Origin: Octopus vulgaris
Taxonomy: Eukaryota
Direction of reading: 5' to 3'
Assembly (NCBI GenBank): GCA_951406725.2
Contig: OX597823.1
Location: forward strand, 92,194,001-92,258,000
Length of the DNA: 64,000 nucleotides
The first letter of the stretch is position 1, and each line of letters starts with the position of its first letter. A program made the position numbers and the translations under genes. Positions 1 to 13,569 of this stretch are shown here, piece by piece. Under the pieces are notes generated by a model. The model was not told the origin of the DNA. It worked only from the letters and a program-made list of their open reading frames with translations, and ran no database searches.

Positions 1-101
1 TATAGCGAGTGACTCGAACTGAGATCGTGTGCTGAAGCCAAATCATTTGCAGTGTAGATGTTTGTAACCATTCAAGAACATACAAAGGCTCTTAGTTTCA
101 C

Positions 102-287
102 GGCACAACTTAAATACAGAAGTCCCCTTGCATTTACGTAATGGTATGAAGGAGGAGGGTTAGTATTTAAGGTTAGATAGGTTTAGGGTGTACCTACACG
201 TCCATACAGTGTACATTTAAAATGTTTTGTACGTAACAACCGTATTAAAGTAGTACCATTAAGGGACCTCTGTATTAAAGTATTACC
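102..287. mobile_element. MITE with ~25-bp TIRs and 8-bp TSD (Merlin/hAT-type)
   Basis: Left end GGCACAACTTAAATACAGAAGTCCC vs reverse complement of right end GGTAATACTTTAATACAGAGGTCCC; AGTTTCAC duplicated at 94-101 and 288-295. Confidence 0.7.
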
Positions 288-315
288 AGTTTCACTTCAA
301 TATTAACGTTTCACC

Positions 316-445
316 AGCCGAGGTCGACTTTGCCTTTTATCCTTTCGGGGTCGATCAATTAAGTACAAGTTGTGTACTGGAATCGATCTAATCGACTAGT
401 CTCTTACCCAAAAATTCCGGGCCTTGTGCCTAGAGTAGAAAAGAA
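316..445 (+). mobile_element. Nin-type tRNA SINE, 5' truncated, tail A
   Basis: GCCGAGGTCGACTTTGCCTTTTATCCTTTCGGGGTCGAT core and GGCCTTGTGCCTAGAGTAGAAA tail shared with many copies in the window. Confidence 0.8.
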
Positions 446-549
446 CATAAAAATTTCATTTCTGTCAAAATGTTTTCGTCGCTTTGAAACTGCGACTTGT
501 TCAATGACAAAACATCACAAAAGTGATGCAGTACGAAGTTTTGTCAGTG

Positions 550-584
<35 letters not shown>

Positions 585-694
585 CCATTGCATCTCATTT
601 ATGTGTATGTGTATCTATATGTGTGTGCTAGCGTTTTATTGTTGTGTGTGTGTCACTGTTGAAGTCGCTCATGCATGTTGTTGGTGTATATATT

Positions 695-906
695 TATTTC
701 TTTAGAAATAAATATATAGAGGGGACAAACAAAGGGATTAAGTCGATTACATCAACTTCATGCGTAACCGGCAGTTATTTAATCTACCCCGGAAGGATGA
801 AAGGCAAAGTCGACCTCGGCAGAATTTGAACTCAGAACGTAACGGCAGACGAAATACCAGTAAGCAGTTCGTCCGTTGTGCTAACGATTCTGCCAGCTCG
901 CCGCCA
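695..906 (-). mobile_element. Nin-type tRNA SINE, tail B
   Basis: Reverse complement reads GGCGGCGAGCTGGCAGAATCGTTAG...GAGTTCAAATTC (B box)...core...TTTGTCCCCTCTATAT...AAAGAAAT. Confidence 0.8.
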
Positions 907-2464
907 TTTGTTTGTGTATATATCGGCTTAGTGGTATAGAATGTTTGGTAACTGTAAATAAAGTGCAAGTTTCGAATACTCCTAGGTAAATTTTTTTGTA
1001 CTCGTCTTCTAATAGAAATTACCCAACTTTCTAGGCTCTTCACACAGCTATTCCACCTTAAAAAATTTTACGGGTATTTTTTAAAAAATTAATTCAATAA
1101 ATAATGTTTCTACATTACGTATACATTTATAAACTAAAAAAAAAAAAAACTACCGGTTTTCCAAACAGCGAATAAAAACTTAAGAGAGAGAGAATTTGAA
1201 AATGTAAATGGAATACTCCGCAGTGGATATTTAAATTTGTGAGTAATCGGAGTTTAAAAAATTCATTAAACTCGGGAAATCGAAATTATCGGAAATTTCT
1301 TAGAACATGAATTTATAAAAAAATTTCCAGACGGTCAACCCTTTAATAATTGTTTGTTGTTAGTACTTTTAGTAATTGTTACATCCCTAATTAATACGTT
1401 GCTTACTTTATTATAGTATAGACAAGGGCGCTTTCTAAAAAGACACCAGTTTTGCTAAAGGAAGTAGTCAAAACACTCCGAACCCACAAAAATTAACACC
1501 ATATGTTCACAGGCATGGTTGGAAAAAACTAAGTGACATAAGGATTGCATCTTATCCCTGCATTATTGCAAAAGACAATGTCAGTTAACCTATATCATGA
1601 TTTGAAATTTAGCATCAAAACACGCTTGATTCTCCACAGTCAAGTCTACTAATTACAAGCTCTTCTATATCTTCTGGTGAAATATGCCTTTGTCAAAGCG
1701 TACAGCTTTTTCAAATACAGTACCTGATACCAATTCTCTCAGTTAGTTAACCCAAGAGCACACATTGGATCCTCAGCCACTCCTGCCTTATATCAGGAAT
1801 AGGGAATGCAGTTGAATCGAACCAGCGAATTCTCACCGCCAAGCGACGGAGACTCCCCATACTATATTTATATTCTGTCGTATATAATAAAACAGATTTG
1901 CCAAGAGAATAATAAACCACTTCAAGAAATCACTAGGAATTTTTTTTAAATGTCCACAGTCAATGAGAGCAGATGGTATATTTTAAAAGAAGTTCAATAA
2001 TATTTTTCAAATACAATTTGTCTAATGTTTTTCCCAAGCAAAACAGTGAAAAATCAAAACATAATAACAATCATTGGTCTAATGTTTGTATTAGTAACAT
2101 GATTAGCAAAACATTGTACAAGTCCTTTCGTTCCCCAAGCACACAGCTGTTATTTTAAATCAAACTGCGTACTGAAGTGTTTACAATGATGCTCAAGTAT
2201 GTATTACACTGTAAATACATAAATATACAAAGCTGGCGAGATATGTAGAACAATGTTCGTAGATTCTGGTGGTCTTTCATCGCAAGCACACACAAACACA
2301 CACATCCCCGTCTATTTATAAAACCATGAAAACATAAAACCTAAAACCAGAAGATATGGGAGATGAATAAATATCTATTTAACCACGTGTAACACATAGG
2401 GTTACGGCCGTTTTGTAACCTTCTTTATGTAGTATTAATTTTAGTGTGTAAGAAAGTAGAACAG

Positions 2465-2544
2465 GCAAAGCATTGTGAGTGAATTTGGTAAACGGAAACG
2501 AAAAGAAGGCCGTCACACAAACACACATATTATCATCATCACCT

Positions 2545-2576
<32 letters not shown>

Positions 2577-2785
2577 TATATATATATATATAATATATAT
2601 ATTTGTAAATTAGATAAAAACCACTATTATGTAATTCAAACAATGATAGACATAAACCAAATCAAAGACAAAATAAAATATATTATAAAACATATAACTA
2701 GATCACAAAACGTACAAAAATATGAATAAACAATATATAAGTAAAAAAACAAATTCACTCATAAACACACACACACGCACACACA

Positions 2786-2841
<56 letters not shown>

Positions 2842-3035
2842 TGCATTTGTCATACAGCTGTTAGTATGTTTACGTCCGCATAATTTAGCAGTTCATTAAA
2901 ACTGACCTATAATATAAGTCCCAGGCATTACAACCGAAAAAATAACTAAGAACTGGAGTTGAGTCTTTGAACTGAAATCTTTCAAGGTGGTGCTCCAGCA
3001 TGGCGGCAGTCTAATGACTGAAACTAGTAAAAAGA
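2465..3035 (+). mobile_element. decayed CORE-like tRNA SINE interrupted in its internal TA/CA tract by a PLE-terminus fragment (2600-2760)
   Basis: GTGAGTGAATTTGGTAAACGGAAAC and GGTGCTCCAGCATGGCGGCAGTCTAATGACTGAAAC match the 22085-22475 family; 2600-2700 resembles 23085-23160. Confidence 0.6.
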
Positions 3036-4123
3036 AACGAAACCTTCCTCTGTTTAAGCATTAAAGCTTTAACTGAGAAAGGTTTACGTAATGGAGGCAT
3101 TTCCTATTGTATATTACGCAAACTTGAAACGTACGTATTAAATGATCTAAGTACAAACTGGCCAGTCTTAATTCCATTCATGCTGATACTCTAACAACTA
3201 TTTGAAGTAGATTGTTATATTTGATACGAATCAAAATTCTGGTTCTTGGAAACATTTCTTAGTGCAACACCAAATATGAATTCCGAATCAGAAATGAGTT
3301 CAGTGCGACGAATGCATATATCACTTTGACTTTTAACTTCTACTTGTTTTGGCCATGCGGGACACAGCCTTGGAGGTTGTTTCTCAGTCATACAACTTGG
3401 CACCAGTAAATATGCCGGAACTTCTATTAGTTTATTTTTACGGAATGTCTAATTTACGGAGGCATAAGTTAAAACCGGTTGTTAAGCGGTGGCGAGGATA
3501 GATATGTCACACATACATGCATACGCATACAAATATATATTCGGCATACGATAAGATTACACGCAGTTTCCTTCTAAGAAATTCAATCACAAGGCATTGG
3601 TTGCCCACGGTCTAAGGAAGAAGAGATTTGCGCCTTGTGACGAAACTGATAAGTGAAGGTATGTGAATAGTTATTTTGAAGTATAGAACGAATCCAGTAA
3701 GTGAATGCGAGCATGGTGAAGTTCGTCCAAACGTGTTCCATTTGGCGTGAAAAGTATTCAGAACTTTTATTCGTTTGTTGCTTGAATTGTGTTCTGAGTT
3801 GAACGATATTTGAAACATAATTCCAAAAAAGAGTTCAGAGTAGAGAGAACAGTAATCCTATTATCCACAGCGTTTCCTGGAACTCGTTGGACACTGAGTT
3901 ACATTGATTTCGAGACTGGACCTGCTCTAAGCATTCAATAATTTGGAAACAACACTCCTAGTCCTTCTCCTCTTCCGCCTTACTAAATTGATAGCGTTCA
4001 TTTCTACTGTAGGCACAAGGCCTTAAACTTTAGGGGAAGGGATAGTCGATTACATTGACGCCAATGTTCAACTGGTACTTGTAATATCGGATTTCAGGCC
4101 TTGTGCCTACAGTAGAAAGGGTG

Positions 4124-4195
<72 letters not shown>

Positions 4196-7100
4196 CATTC
4201 AGTAGTTTTATTTTTATAACGTGCTTTCACTTCACTACCGAGCGCAGCTCTGTGTGCCTTGGGTATGTGATGTGATTTGTTGTGATGCTCTGGTGGGTAT
4301 TGTATGGAAAGTGTTCTGCGTAGGATGTGTGCAGTGCCTAGTAGTGTAATTTTCTGTATGTTATATGTGTTTGTAAGTCCTGGTATTTTTGTTATGTATT
4401 TGTCTGAATATTTTTTTATCATGCCTAATGCACCTATTATGATAGGAATTGTTTCTGTTTTTAGATTCCACATTCTGGTTACCTCTATTTCCAGGTCTTT
4501 GTATTTTGAAAGTTTCTCCATTTCTTTTAGAGACACGTTGTCATCCGTTAGTATTGATACATCAATTAGAAAACATTTTTTTCTTCATGATCTCTGACAA
4601 CTATATCTGGTCTGTTGGCCTTAATTTCTCTATCTGTGTATATTGGCATACCCCAGAGTATGGTTGCTTTCTCGTTTTCTGTGACCTTTTCTGATGTGTG
4701 CCTATACCATCTTTTTTCTGTTGCTATTCCATAATGTTGGCATAGTTTCCAGTGTATATAGGTCCCAACTCTGTCGTGTCTGTGAATATATTCCTTCTTA
4801 GCCAGGACAGGGCAGCCAGAGATAATATGATTTATTGTTTCTTGTCCATCTCCACATATTCTACAGTTACTTGTTATATTGCTTTTCACTACATGTTTTT
4901 GGTAATTTCTGGTGGGGAGGCTTTGGTGTTGTGCTGCAATTAAAAATCCTTCTTTCTCTGCTTTGAGTCCTGAGCTTCTCAACCATTGTAGGGAGTTTCC
5001 TTTGTCTATATCTTTTGCATTTAGTTTAGTCCAGTATTTGCCATGAAGGGGCTTTTCTTGCCATCGTTTTATCATGGTTCGTTGCTGTTCTATTTTTAGT
5101 TTGAATTTCATTTGTTTTATAGCTTTTGTTGTTTCTTCTTCATCTTCTTCATCATCTTCTTCTTCTTCTTCTTCTTCTTCTTCTTCTTCTTCTTTTTCTT
5201 CTTCTTCTTCTTCTTCTTCTTCTTCTTCTTCGTTTTCTTCTTCATATTTGTTAGGTTGTATGATTTCATGTTTGTATTTGTCAGCTTCCTTAAATACTGA
5301 GAACAGTTTTTTGTTTTGCTCGTGTTTTGCCGCTATTTGTATCAGTTTTCCTTCCTTCTGAAGTAGATATGTTTGCATTCCTATGGTGGTTATTTTATAG
5401 TAGTTTTCCAGCTGTATAAAGCCTCTACCACCATCAATACGTTGTATATATAGCCTTTCTATGTCAGATTTTGGGTGATGCATCCTAGATCGTGTCACTA
5501 TTTTTCTTGTTTTCCTATCTATTTTGGTCAGTTTATTTAGTGTCCAGTTAAGGATATTGTAGCTGTAACTTATAATTGGGACGGCTAAAGTGTTGATACA
5601 TATTATCTTGTTTTTAGCATTGAGCTCTGTTTTCAGTATTGATCTAACTCGTCTATAATATTCTTCTTTTATTTTCTCTTTCATTTGTGTGTGTTGTGTC
5701 TTATCTAGTTCATGGTTTCCTAAGTATTTGTAAGTTTGGCTTTGGTCTAATTCTTTTATTTCATTGGTTTTATCTAGTGTGATGTTGCTACTCTTAACTA
5801 GTTTTCCTCTTTTCAGAGTTACTTTGGCGCATTTTTCTAATCCAAATTTCATGTCTATTTCTTTGGCAAATCCATGAACTGTCTTAAGTAGTGTTTCCAG
5901 CTGTTTGTCATTTGTAGCGTATAGTTTTAGGTCATCCATATATAAAAGGTGGCTGATCATTTTGCCGTAACATTTATATCCGCATCCAGTTCTGTTTAGC
6001 ATATCCGATAGAGGTGACAGTGCCAAGCAGAAAAGGAGTGGGGAGAGCGTATCTCCCTGGAATATTCCTCTTCTAATGGGGATGGCTTTGGTTTTCACAA
6101 GTTCCTCTTTTGTTTGGAGCTGTAGCACTGTTTGCCATTTATTCACAGAGTGTCCTATGTATTTTATAATTATTGGTGCAACTTTGTTCATGGCAAGTGT
6201 TTCGAGGATCCATGTGTGGGGGATGCTATCAAACGCCTTTTTGTAGTCGATCCAGGCCATACTAAGGCCTTTCTTCTTTCTGTGGCTGTCTTCAGTTATG
6301 GCTTTATTGATCATTAGTTGATTTTTACAGCCATATGAGCCTTTGCGGCATCCTTACTGCTCTTCTGGAAACAGGTTGTTTTTGTCCAAGCGCTTGTTCA
6401 ATCTTTGCGATATCACTGCAGTAAATGCTTTGTACATTGTAGGGAGTCAGGTTATAGGTCTGTAGTTTTCTGGTTTTGCTGCCTCATTTGATTTGGGAAT
6501 TAAGATGGTTTTCCCCTTCGTGAGCCATTCAGGCATTGTCTCTGGCTCTGCCAGTATGTTGTTAATTTTTTCAGCAAGCTTTTTGTGCATTCCTATTAGA
6601 TATTTCAACCAGAATTTGGGGATCTTGTCATGCCCAGGTGCCTTCCAGTTGCTTAGTCTTTGCAGTGCCTGGGTGACCTCTTCAGTTGTTATGGGGGTCC
6701 AAAGTTGCTCAGATGCTGAGTTTGTTGTTTTATATACTCCTTTTTTTTTGGTCGTTCGTTCGCCGACCATATTTATTTCCAGAATTCTTCCACTTCTTCT
6801 GCCGTTGGTGCTGTAGTGATTTCTATTTTATTTTTGCCAAGTTCTTGGTAGAACTTTTTCGGGTTGGAGTTGAACTGTTTGTTATGTTCAAAGAAACGTT
6901 GGCGTTTCTCGTACCGGCGGATCCTTTGTGCTTTGGCAAGGATATCTTGCTTTAGCTTTTCTTTTATCTCAGGTAAATCTTTTTCTGTTGTGTTGTATTT
7001 GCGGAGTATTTTTGTTGCTTAGTAGCGTTGATTGTCTACGGATTTCATTAAGAATCGACAGATCTTTTCTCATTTTTTGTATTTTGTTTTGGATGTTATT

Positions 7101-8316
7101 TATCCACAGGGTTTGTTTGGGTGGTGGTACTCCTGTTTGGATGGGTTTGAGTGAGTATCCAGCTTCTTTTGTGGCTGCAGTGGCTGCTGCGTATACTAAG
7201 TCATTTAGCTCAGTGATATCGCTTTTTGTTTCAGTGGCTATTAGTTCCGTGACGGCTAGGTTTATGTTGTTTATAATTGATGTTGTTGTTTTGTCTATTT
7301 TGATTTTTGGGAGGTATGGTCGGTGGTCCATTTTGAGCTCTGTGGTTTTCAGTTCTTTGATTATTCTACTTTTTATAGTTTCATAATCATTAGGCTCCCC
7401 TTCGTTGTTTCCAGGTTTTAGATTTGTGTCGCTTTCTTTCTCATCCGTATGTTTGTTTGTCGTGTTTTGGCTCGCTCTTTGTCGTGTATTATTATGTATC
7501 CTTCCGGTCTGGGATTGTTGTTTTTTGTTTAAATCGTTTTTGTTGGGAATGTTACGTTTGTCTTCGTGTTTTACTGTTTCAGTGTTTGTATTATTTGGCA
7601 TTGTTGTGTGGCTTCTATCTACATTTTCCTGATGTATTTTTCTTTTAAATGTTCTATTTATATTTCTGATAATTTTTTGGCTTTGAGAATATATCTCCGT
7701 ATATTTGCTAGTTTATTAGGGTTCATTATTGTATCCAGGTCTTTATTTATGTTATTTTTCTTCCATATTTTGTATGTATGTGTTGTTGTATTTTCATTCT
7801 TTGGGTAGAGCACTGCTGTAAAGTAAGCGAGTAGGATAGAAAGGTATACCTCGCGTGTCCATTTATGTCTTTTGGGTTTTATTTGCGGGACATGAGGAAC
7901 AACGTCCGGCCCATTATTTTGACGGTCGTCATTTTCGTAGGGTACCGGTCCGTTCATATCTGTTGTCACATAGCTTTGCACATGTAGTTTATCGTACATT
8001 TTATGTTGTAAGTTTACAGTACGTACTTCCCGATTGTTATTCTTGGGTTGAATAATACCGGTATTATTTAATTTATTCGTAGTTTTTTTGTACATGGTGT
8101 TTGGGGCCGGAGATAATCTGTTGATGGATCGTAATGTATCAAGCATGTTTACATGTGTTGTGTTGCAGGTGGAGATGATATCGAGTTAAAATACATCATT
8201 TCGTTTTGAAAATAGTAATAAATTTCAATGAGTATTACTTACTCGGATATAGTCCAATCCTTTGTCAATTATTTTTTAGCTCGATGCGATGTCTTTGTTT
8301 CCGATGTTTGTGGAAA
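4196..8316 (-). mobile_element. R4/Dong-clade non-LTR retrotransposon (RT + CCHC + restriction-like endonuclease), full length, decayed
   Basis: ORF pieces 8146-7658, 7601-6969, 6770-6447, 6314-4566, 4536-4195 carry WKAPGHD, YRPIT, DYKKAFDS, GIFQGDTLSP, YMDD, CRICG...ETINHIISGC, RHD, RPDIV and KYKDL...PIIIGALG; flanked by (TAA)n on both sides. Confidence 0.92.
4566..6314 (-). pseudogene. R4/Dong reverse transcriptase, CCHC and start of RLE (largest open fragment)
   Basis: RT motifs YMDD and QGDTLSP; in-frame poly-Glu from a (GAA)n tract at ~5134-5245; frameshift into the RLE C-terminus. Confidence 0.9.
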
Positions 8317-8356
8317 TAGTAGTAGTAGTAATAGTAGTAATATTATTATTATTATA

Positions 8357-8407
<51 letters not shown>

Positions 8408-8507
8408 ATTATTATTATTATTGTTATTGTTATTATTATTATGATTATTATCATTATTATGATTATTATTATGATTATTATTATTATCATTATTACCATC
8501 ATCATCA

Positions 8508-8551
<44 letters not shown>

Positions 8552-8651
8552 ATTATTATTATTATTGTTATTGTTATTATTATTATCATTATTATCATTA
8601 TTATGATTATTATTATGATTATTATTATTATCATTATTACCATCATCATCA

Positions 8652-8719
<68 letters not shown>

Positions 8720-8720
8720 T
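8316..8720. repeat. compound (TAG)/(ATT)/(ATC) microsatellite with a 144-bp higher-order duplication
   Basis: Variant motifs TAATATT (8404, 8548) and CCATC (8496, 8640) recur at 144-bp spacing. Confidence 0.85.
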
Positions 8721-8721
8721 T

Positions 8722-9140
8722 TAAGGCGGCGAACTGGCGGAATATTTAGCACGCTGGACGAAATTCTTAGTGGCATTTCGCCTGGTGCTATGTTCTCAGT
8801 TCAAATTCTACCGAGTTCGACTTTGCCTTTCATCCTTTCAGGATCGATAGATTAAGTACCAGTGAAACACGTGGCCGTGGGGGGGAGTCGATGCAATCGA
8901 CTAGTCCCCTCCCCACAAATCTGAGACCTTGTGCCCCCTCTAAAACAGATTATTATTTTTGATGTTGTTATTAGCAGTATTTCGTCCGCCGCTACGTTCT
9001 GAGTTCAAATTCCGTCGACTTGACTTTCATCCTTTCGGAGTCGATAAATTAAGTACTAGTAACGCACTGGGGTCGATGTAATAGACTATTCCCCTCCTCA
9101 CATACTTCAGGACTTGTACCTATAATAGAAGTGATTATTA
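8722..9140 (+). mobile_element. two tandem Nin-type SINEs (tail A); the second starts at TTAGCAGTATTTCG
   Basis: Two B-box/core/tail units at 8722-8955 and ~8971-9140. Confidence 0.8.
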
Positions 9141-9195
9141 TTATCATAGTTACCAGTTTCATTGTCATCAGCAGCATCATAAGCATTTGTTGAAA

Positions 9196-9239
<44 letters not shown>

Positions 9240-9603
9240 ATAATAATAATCATATTGATGGTAACATTTGTATATGTAGCATCATTATAGTACTAACGAG
9301 AGCAGTAATATTTGTTGGTGGTTCCGTAGTAGTAGGAAGAAGACAGGCTCAGATACTAACACAATCCTATGATGCTGGTTACTACCACGGGAATTGTCTA
9401 CGGGAGGGATGAATATTTGATGAAAATAATCACTTAATGGATGAGATGGTCACCTAATTCAACTAACATTGCTGCTGTCGACCATGTTGTCTATCAATCA
9501 CCTCAGCACATCAAAGACATACCAAGCACATCGGGATGTACATTATAATGACTGGCTTCATATATATATGTATATATAAACATATATTCAAATATATATA
9601 TAC

Positions 9604-9741
<138 letters not shown>

Positions 9742-10072
9742 TAGATAGATAGATAGATAGATGGATAGATAGATGTGTGTGTGTACTTACATTTAAATAT
9801 ATATTTCTCATTATGCGTATTTGTTTCGAAATGGAGGCATGTGCTCGCGTAACCGTAACGTGGTATGTCTCATTTTAGCAATGATGCTTATTTTTTTAAT
9901 GCGAATACGAAACCATATATGTATATCATGTATGCCCGTGCGTTTGTGTGTGTGTGTGTGTACATACAGACACACACACATATATAAGCATAACATGTAT
10001 ATCTATGGGGAGAAAGAAGTGGTGTAGCTATAATGCAATGGATTTGCTTGAACGACTATCCATGTGTGTGTG

Positions 10073-10135
<63 letters not shown>

Positions 10136-10137
<2 letters not shown>

Positions 10138-10510
10138 TGGCTGTTGGACCCGGCGTTACTCGTGTTTTGTGTATTGAAGTTAAACCCACATCTGACCTTG
10201 CATTGAAATCTTCTACGTTCTACGTTCTCCGTGCAAACCGTTACCCATTAAGATGTTATTTGTGGCATGTTTGGCTGTTGCAGGATGAGTAGATGGATGG
10301 CAAACGGAGGCATAATGGTTAGAGCAGGCGACGGTGTTTTATTAACGGATCCAAGTTTGTGAGGCCGACGCAACTGAGCACTATCGAGATTTTGGAAAAA
10401 TTCCGACCTTATTTGAACTTCTGAACATGTGATCTACCTATGTATCATAAAACATTAAAATCGGTTGGACGGTTTGGGAGGAGTTAGAGTAAACCCAAAC
10501 AAAAAAACAT
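10136..10510 (-). mobile_element. Helitron-like non-autonomous element
   Basis: Minus-strand 3' end CACGAGTAACGCCGGGTCCAACAGCCAGT resembles the hairpin plus CTAG end at 17763-17790; abuts (TA)n. Confidence 0.5.
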
Positions 10511-10814
10511 AATGGGTCGATTCATTTGACGAAAATGTTCTTCAAAGATGTGCCCCAGCAAGGCCGCACTTTAATGGCATAATTAAAACATAAAATCACA
10601 TGATTCTAAGTGTTCCAGTTTGACATTCCTCTTTCGGAAAATGGACCTGTTCCATACCATTTCGTTTTGCATTAAGCTCTCTCTTTGTGTAAGGATCACC
10701 CACAGTTAAGCCACAATCTCTTTGTCGCTTAGCGTTGGATTATGCATCCTCTTGGTCTCATTGTTTGCTTCTTATCACTCTAATTGTGGAACATTCAGGT
10801 ATTTGACATTTTGT

Positions 10815-11033
10815 AAGGCGGCGAGCCGGCAGAAACGTCAGCACGCCGGGCGAAATGCTTAGCGGCATTTCGTCTGCCTTTACGTTCTGAGTTCAAATTC
10901 TGCCGAGGTCGATTTTACCTTTCATCCTTTCGGGGTCGATAAAGTACCAGTTACGCATTGGAGTCGATGTAATCAGCCTAATCCCTTTGTCTGTCCCCTC
11001 TATCTTTAGCTCCCTGTGCTCAATAAAGAAATC
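10815..11033 (+). mobile_element. Nin-type tRNA SINE, tail B
   Basis: Full head GGCGGCGAGCCGGCAG, B box GAGTTCAAATTC, tail ...CCCTGTGCTCAATAAAGAAAT. Confidence 0.85.
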
Positions 11034-11057
11034 AATATATATATTGTTTTACTATTT

Positions 11058-11457
11058 TACTTGTTTCAGTCATTTTACTGCGGTCATGCTGGAGCACCGC
11101 GTTTAGTCGAGCAAATCGATCTCATGACATATACTTTGTAAGCCTAGTACTTATTCTATCGTTCTCTTTTGCCGAACTTACAGGGACGTAAACACACCAG
11201 CATCGGTTGTCAAGCGACGTTGGTGTGGGGACAAACACTGACACACAAACATATACATACATACATACATACATGTATATATATATACATATATACGACG
11301 GGCTTTTTTCAGTTTCCGTCTACCAAATCCACTTACAAGGCTTTGGCTGTCCCGAGACTGTAGTAGAGAACACTTGCCAAATTGCCACGCAGTGGGACTG
11401 AACACGGAACCATGTGGTTGATAAGCAAGCTACTTATGACACGACCACTCCTGCGTC
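11058..11457 (-). mobile_element. CORE-like tRNA SINE, full length
   Basis: Head GCAGGAGTGG...GTTCAGTCCCAC, internal (TA/TG)n, tail GGTGCTCCAGCATG...ACTGAAACAAGT; matches 22085-22475 and 54077-54508. Confidence 0.85.
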
Positions 11458-12047
11458 TATATGTGCATAATTAGAATTTAAACATTTTGGGAAATTCGAA
11501 ATGAAATATTTTTGACTGCGGAACTCGAAGTAGATAAAATTATAAATGACACCATTTAGAGTACAAGACATTCCAAAGATTCTCCATCAGGAATTCTCTA
11601 GTTGAATAAATGCACACAGTTGAGTGTGCGCCTAGACAGTTTAACCAACATACCAAGTCAACCATGTATTTAGAAACACCGGGAGGTCCGTTTCTTTAGA
11701 AAGTTTTGTCGCTTGGATAACAAGTAGTTTGATCTCCTTTGAGAAGTTAAATAAAACTCCAAGAAAGAAACGTACGTGTGTGTGTGCCTGTGTGTCTGTT
11801 TGTATATTTATATGCACAAGCACACATACACACACGCGTTCACACTTCATACACCACCCACAGAACACACATACTCTGCACCATGCCACATATACGCACG
11901 AACACACACGCACGCACACACATTTATATACTCATACTGGTTTTCAGTGCAATAGTACTATTGTATTTTCAGTTTTAACTGCCATATTTGGTATAGTAAT
12001 ACTGAGAAATACATACATACATATATATATACATACATACATACAAT

Positions 12048-12101
<54 letters not shown>

Positions 12102-12112
12102 CACACACACAT

Positions 12113-12144
<32 letters not shown>

Positions 12145-12146
<2 letters not shown>

Positions 12147-13102
12147 ACGGGAAGCTTTATGAAAATAGACAAAAGACGAAGGCAGGTGGGAAACAAACAA
12201 ACAATTGTATTAGTATGGCGCTCAGGAAATATAAATAAAACAAGTCTTTAACGTTTCGAGCCTACGCTCTTCAACAGAAAGATACACAGAGAGAAAAAAA
12301 CACAGAAAGAAGGAGAGAAAAAAATGCGTGCAGTAACTAACGAATCAACATGGCGATCTGATTTCGACCAGAGGTCAAAGATCAAACATGAGACGCGAGA
12401 GCGAAATAAGGGGAGATAATAGGGTTGATAATAGGGTTGAATGACCAGCTATTAGTGCGTAGGAGAGGTCTGGACGTGTGTATGTATAGGGTTGGTGTAT
12501 GCATTAGTATGTATTAGTATGTATAAGGGTGTGTGTGTGTGTGTATGTGTGTGTATGAGAGAGTATTAGTGCGTATGATAGGTCTGGACGTGTGTATGTA
12601 TAGGGTTGGTGTATGTATTAGTATGTATTAGTATGTATTAGTACGTATTAGTATGTATTAGTTGGTGTATGTATTAGTATGGCACATCATATATGATGTG
12701 ATGTGTAAAGTCGTGTGGTGTAGTGTGGAGAGAGGAGAAGAGGGGGAGGAGAGGGGGGAAGAGGAGAGGAGGGGGAAGAGGGAGGGGGGAGAGGAGGAGG
12801 AAAGAGGGAGAGGGGGGAGAGTAGGGGAGTGAGGGAGCAGAGGGAAGGGGAAGAGGGAAGGAGGGAGGGAGAAAGAGGGAAGATGGGAAGGGGAGTAGGG
12901 GTGAAAGGATGAAGGACTGAAGAAGTAGAGGTCGGGGGGAAGGATAGGTGAGGAGGGGGAGAGGGGACTTAGATGAGGAGGGGGAGAGTTGAGACCAAAT
13001 GGCGTATAAGAGCGAAGAGAGAAGATTAATTCCTGTTCACGGCACAAACGGGAATCCGGATGGCCTCTGTGTAAGGACAAACCGAACACAGATAGGTACA
13101 TA

Positions 13103-13105
<3 letters not shown>
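12145..13105 (-). mobile_element. 5'-truncated Penelope-like element: GIY-YIG C-terminus, CT-rich UTR and hammerhead-bearing pLTR
   Basis: ~13100-12985 translates [36 protein letters not shown], a PLE endonuclease C-terminal pattern (RE..IF.L....P.GLN); hammerhead near the 3' end; both ends in (TA)n. Confidence 0.75.
12245..12282 (-). ncRNA. minimal type I hammerhead ribozyme, CUGUUGA core variant
   Basis: UCUUU-CUGUUGA-A-GAGC(GUAG)GCUC-GAAA-CG-UU^AAAGA: 5-bp stem I, 4-bp stem II, palindromic ACGU stem III. Confidence 0.65.
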
Positions 13106-13137
<32 letters not shown>

Positions 13138-13163
13138 GCACGCACACATATATTTCTATGTAT

Positions 13164-13500
<337 letters not shown>

Positions 13501-13569
13501 TATATACATACCTATATACATGTATATATGTGTGTGTATGTGTGTGTGTGTATGTACGTATGCCTGTGT

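Noticed and set aside
12727-12990. G-rich purine tract with quadruplex or triplex potential
   Set aside because: It is explained as the low-complexity 3' UTR of the PLE at 12145-13105.
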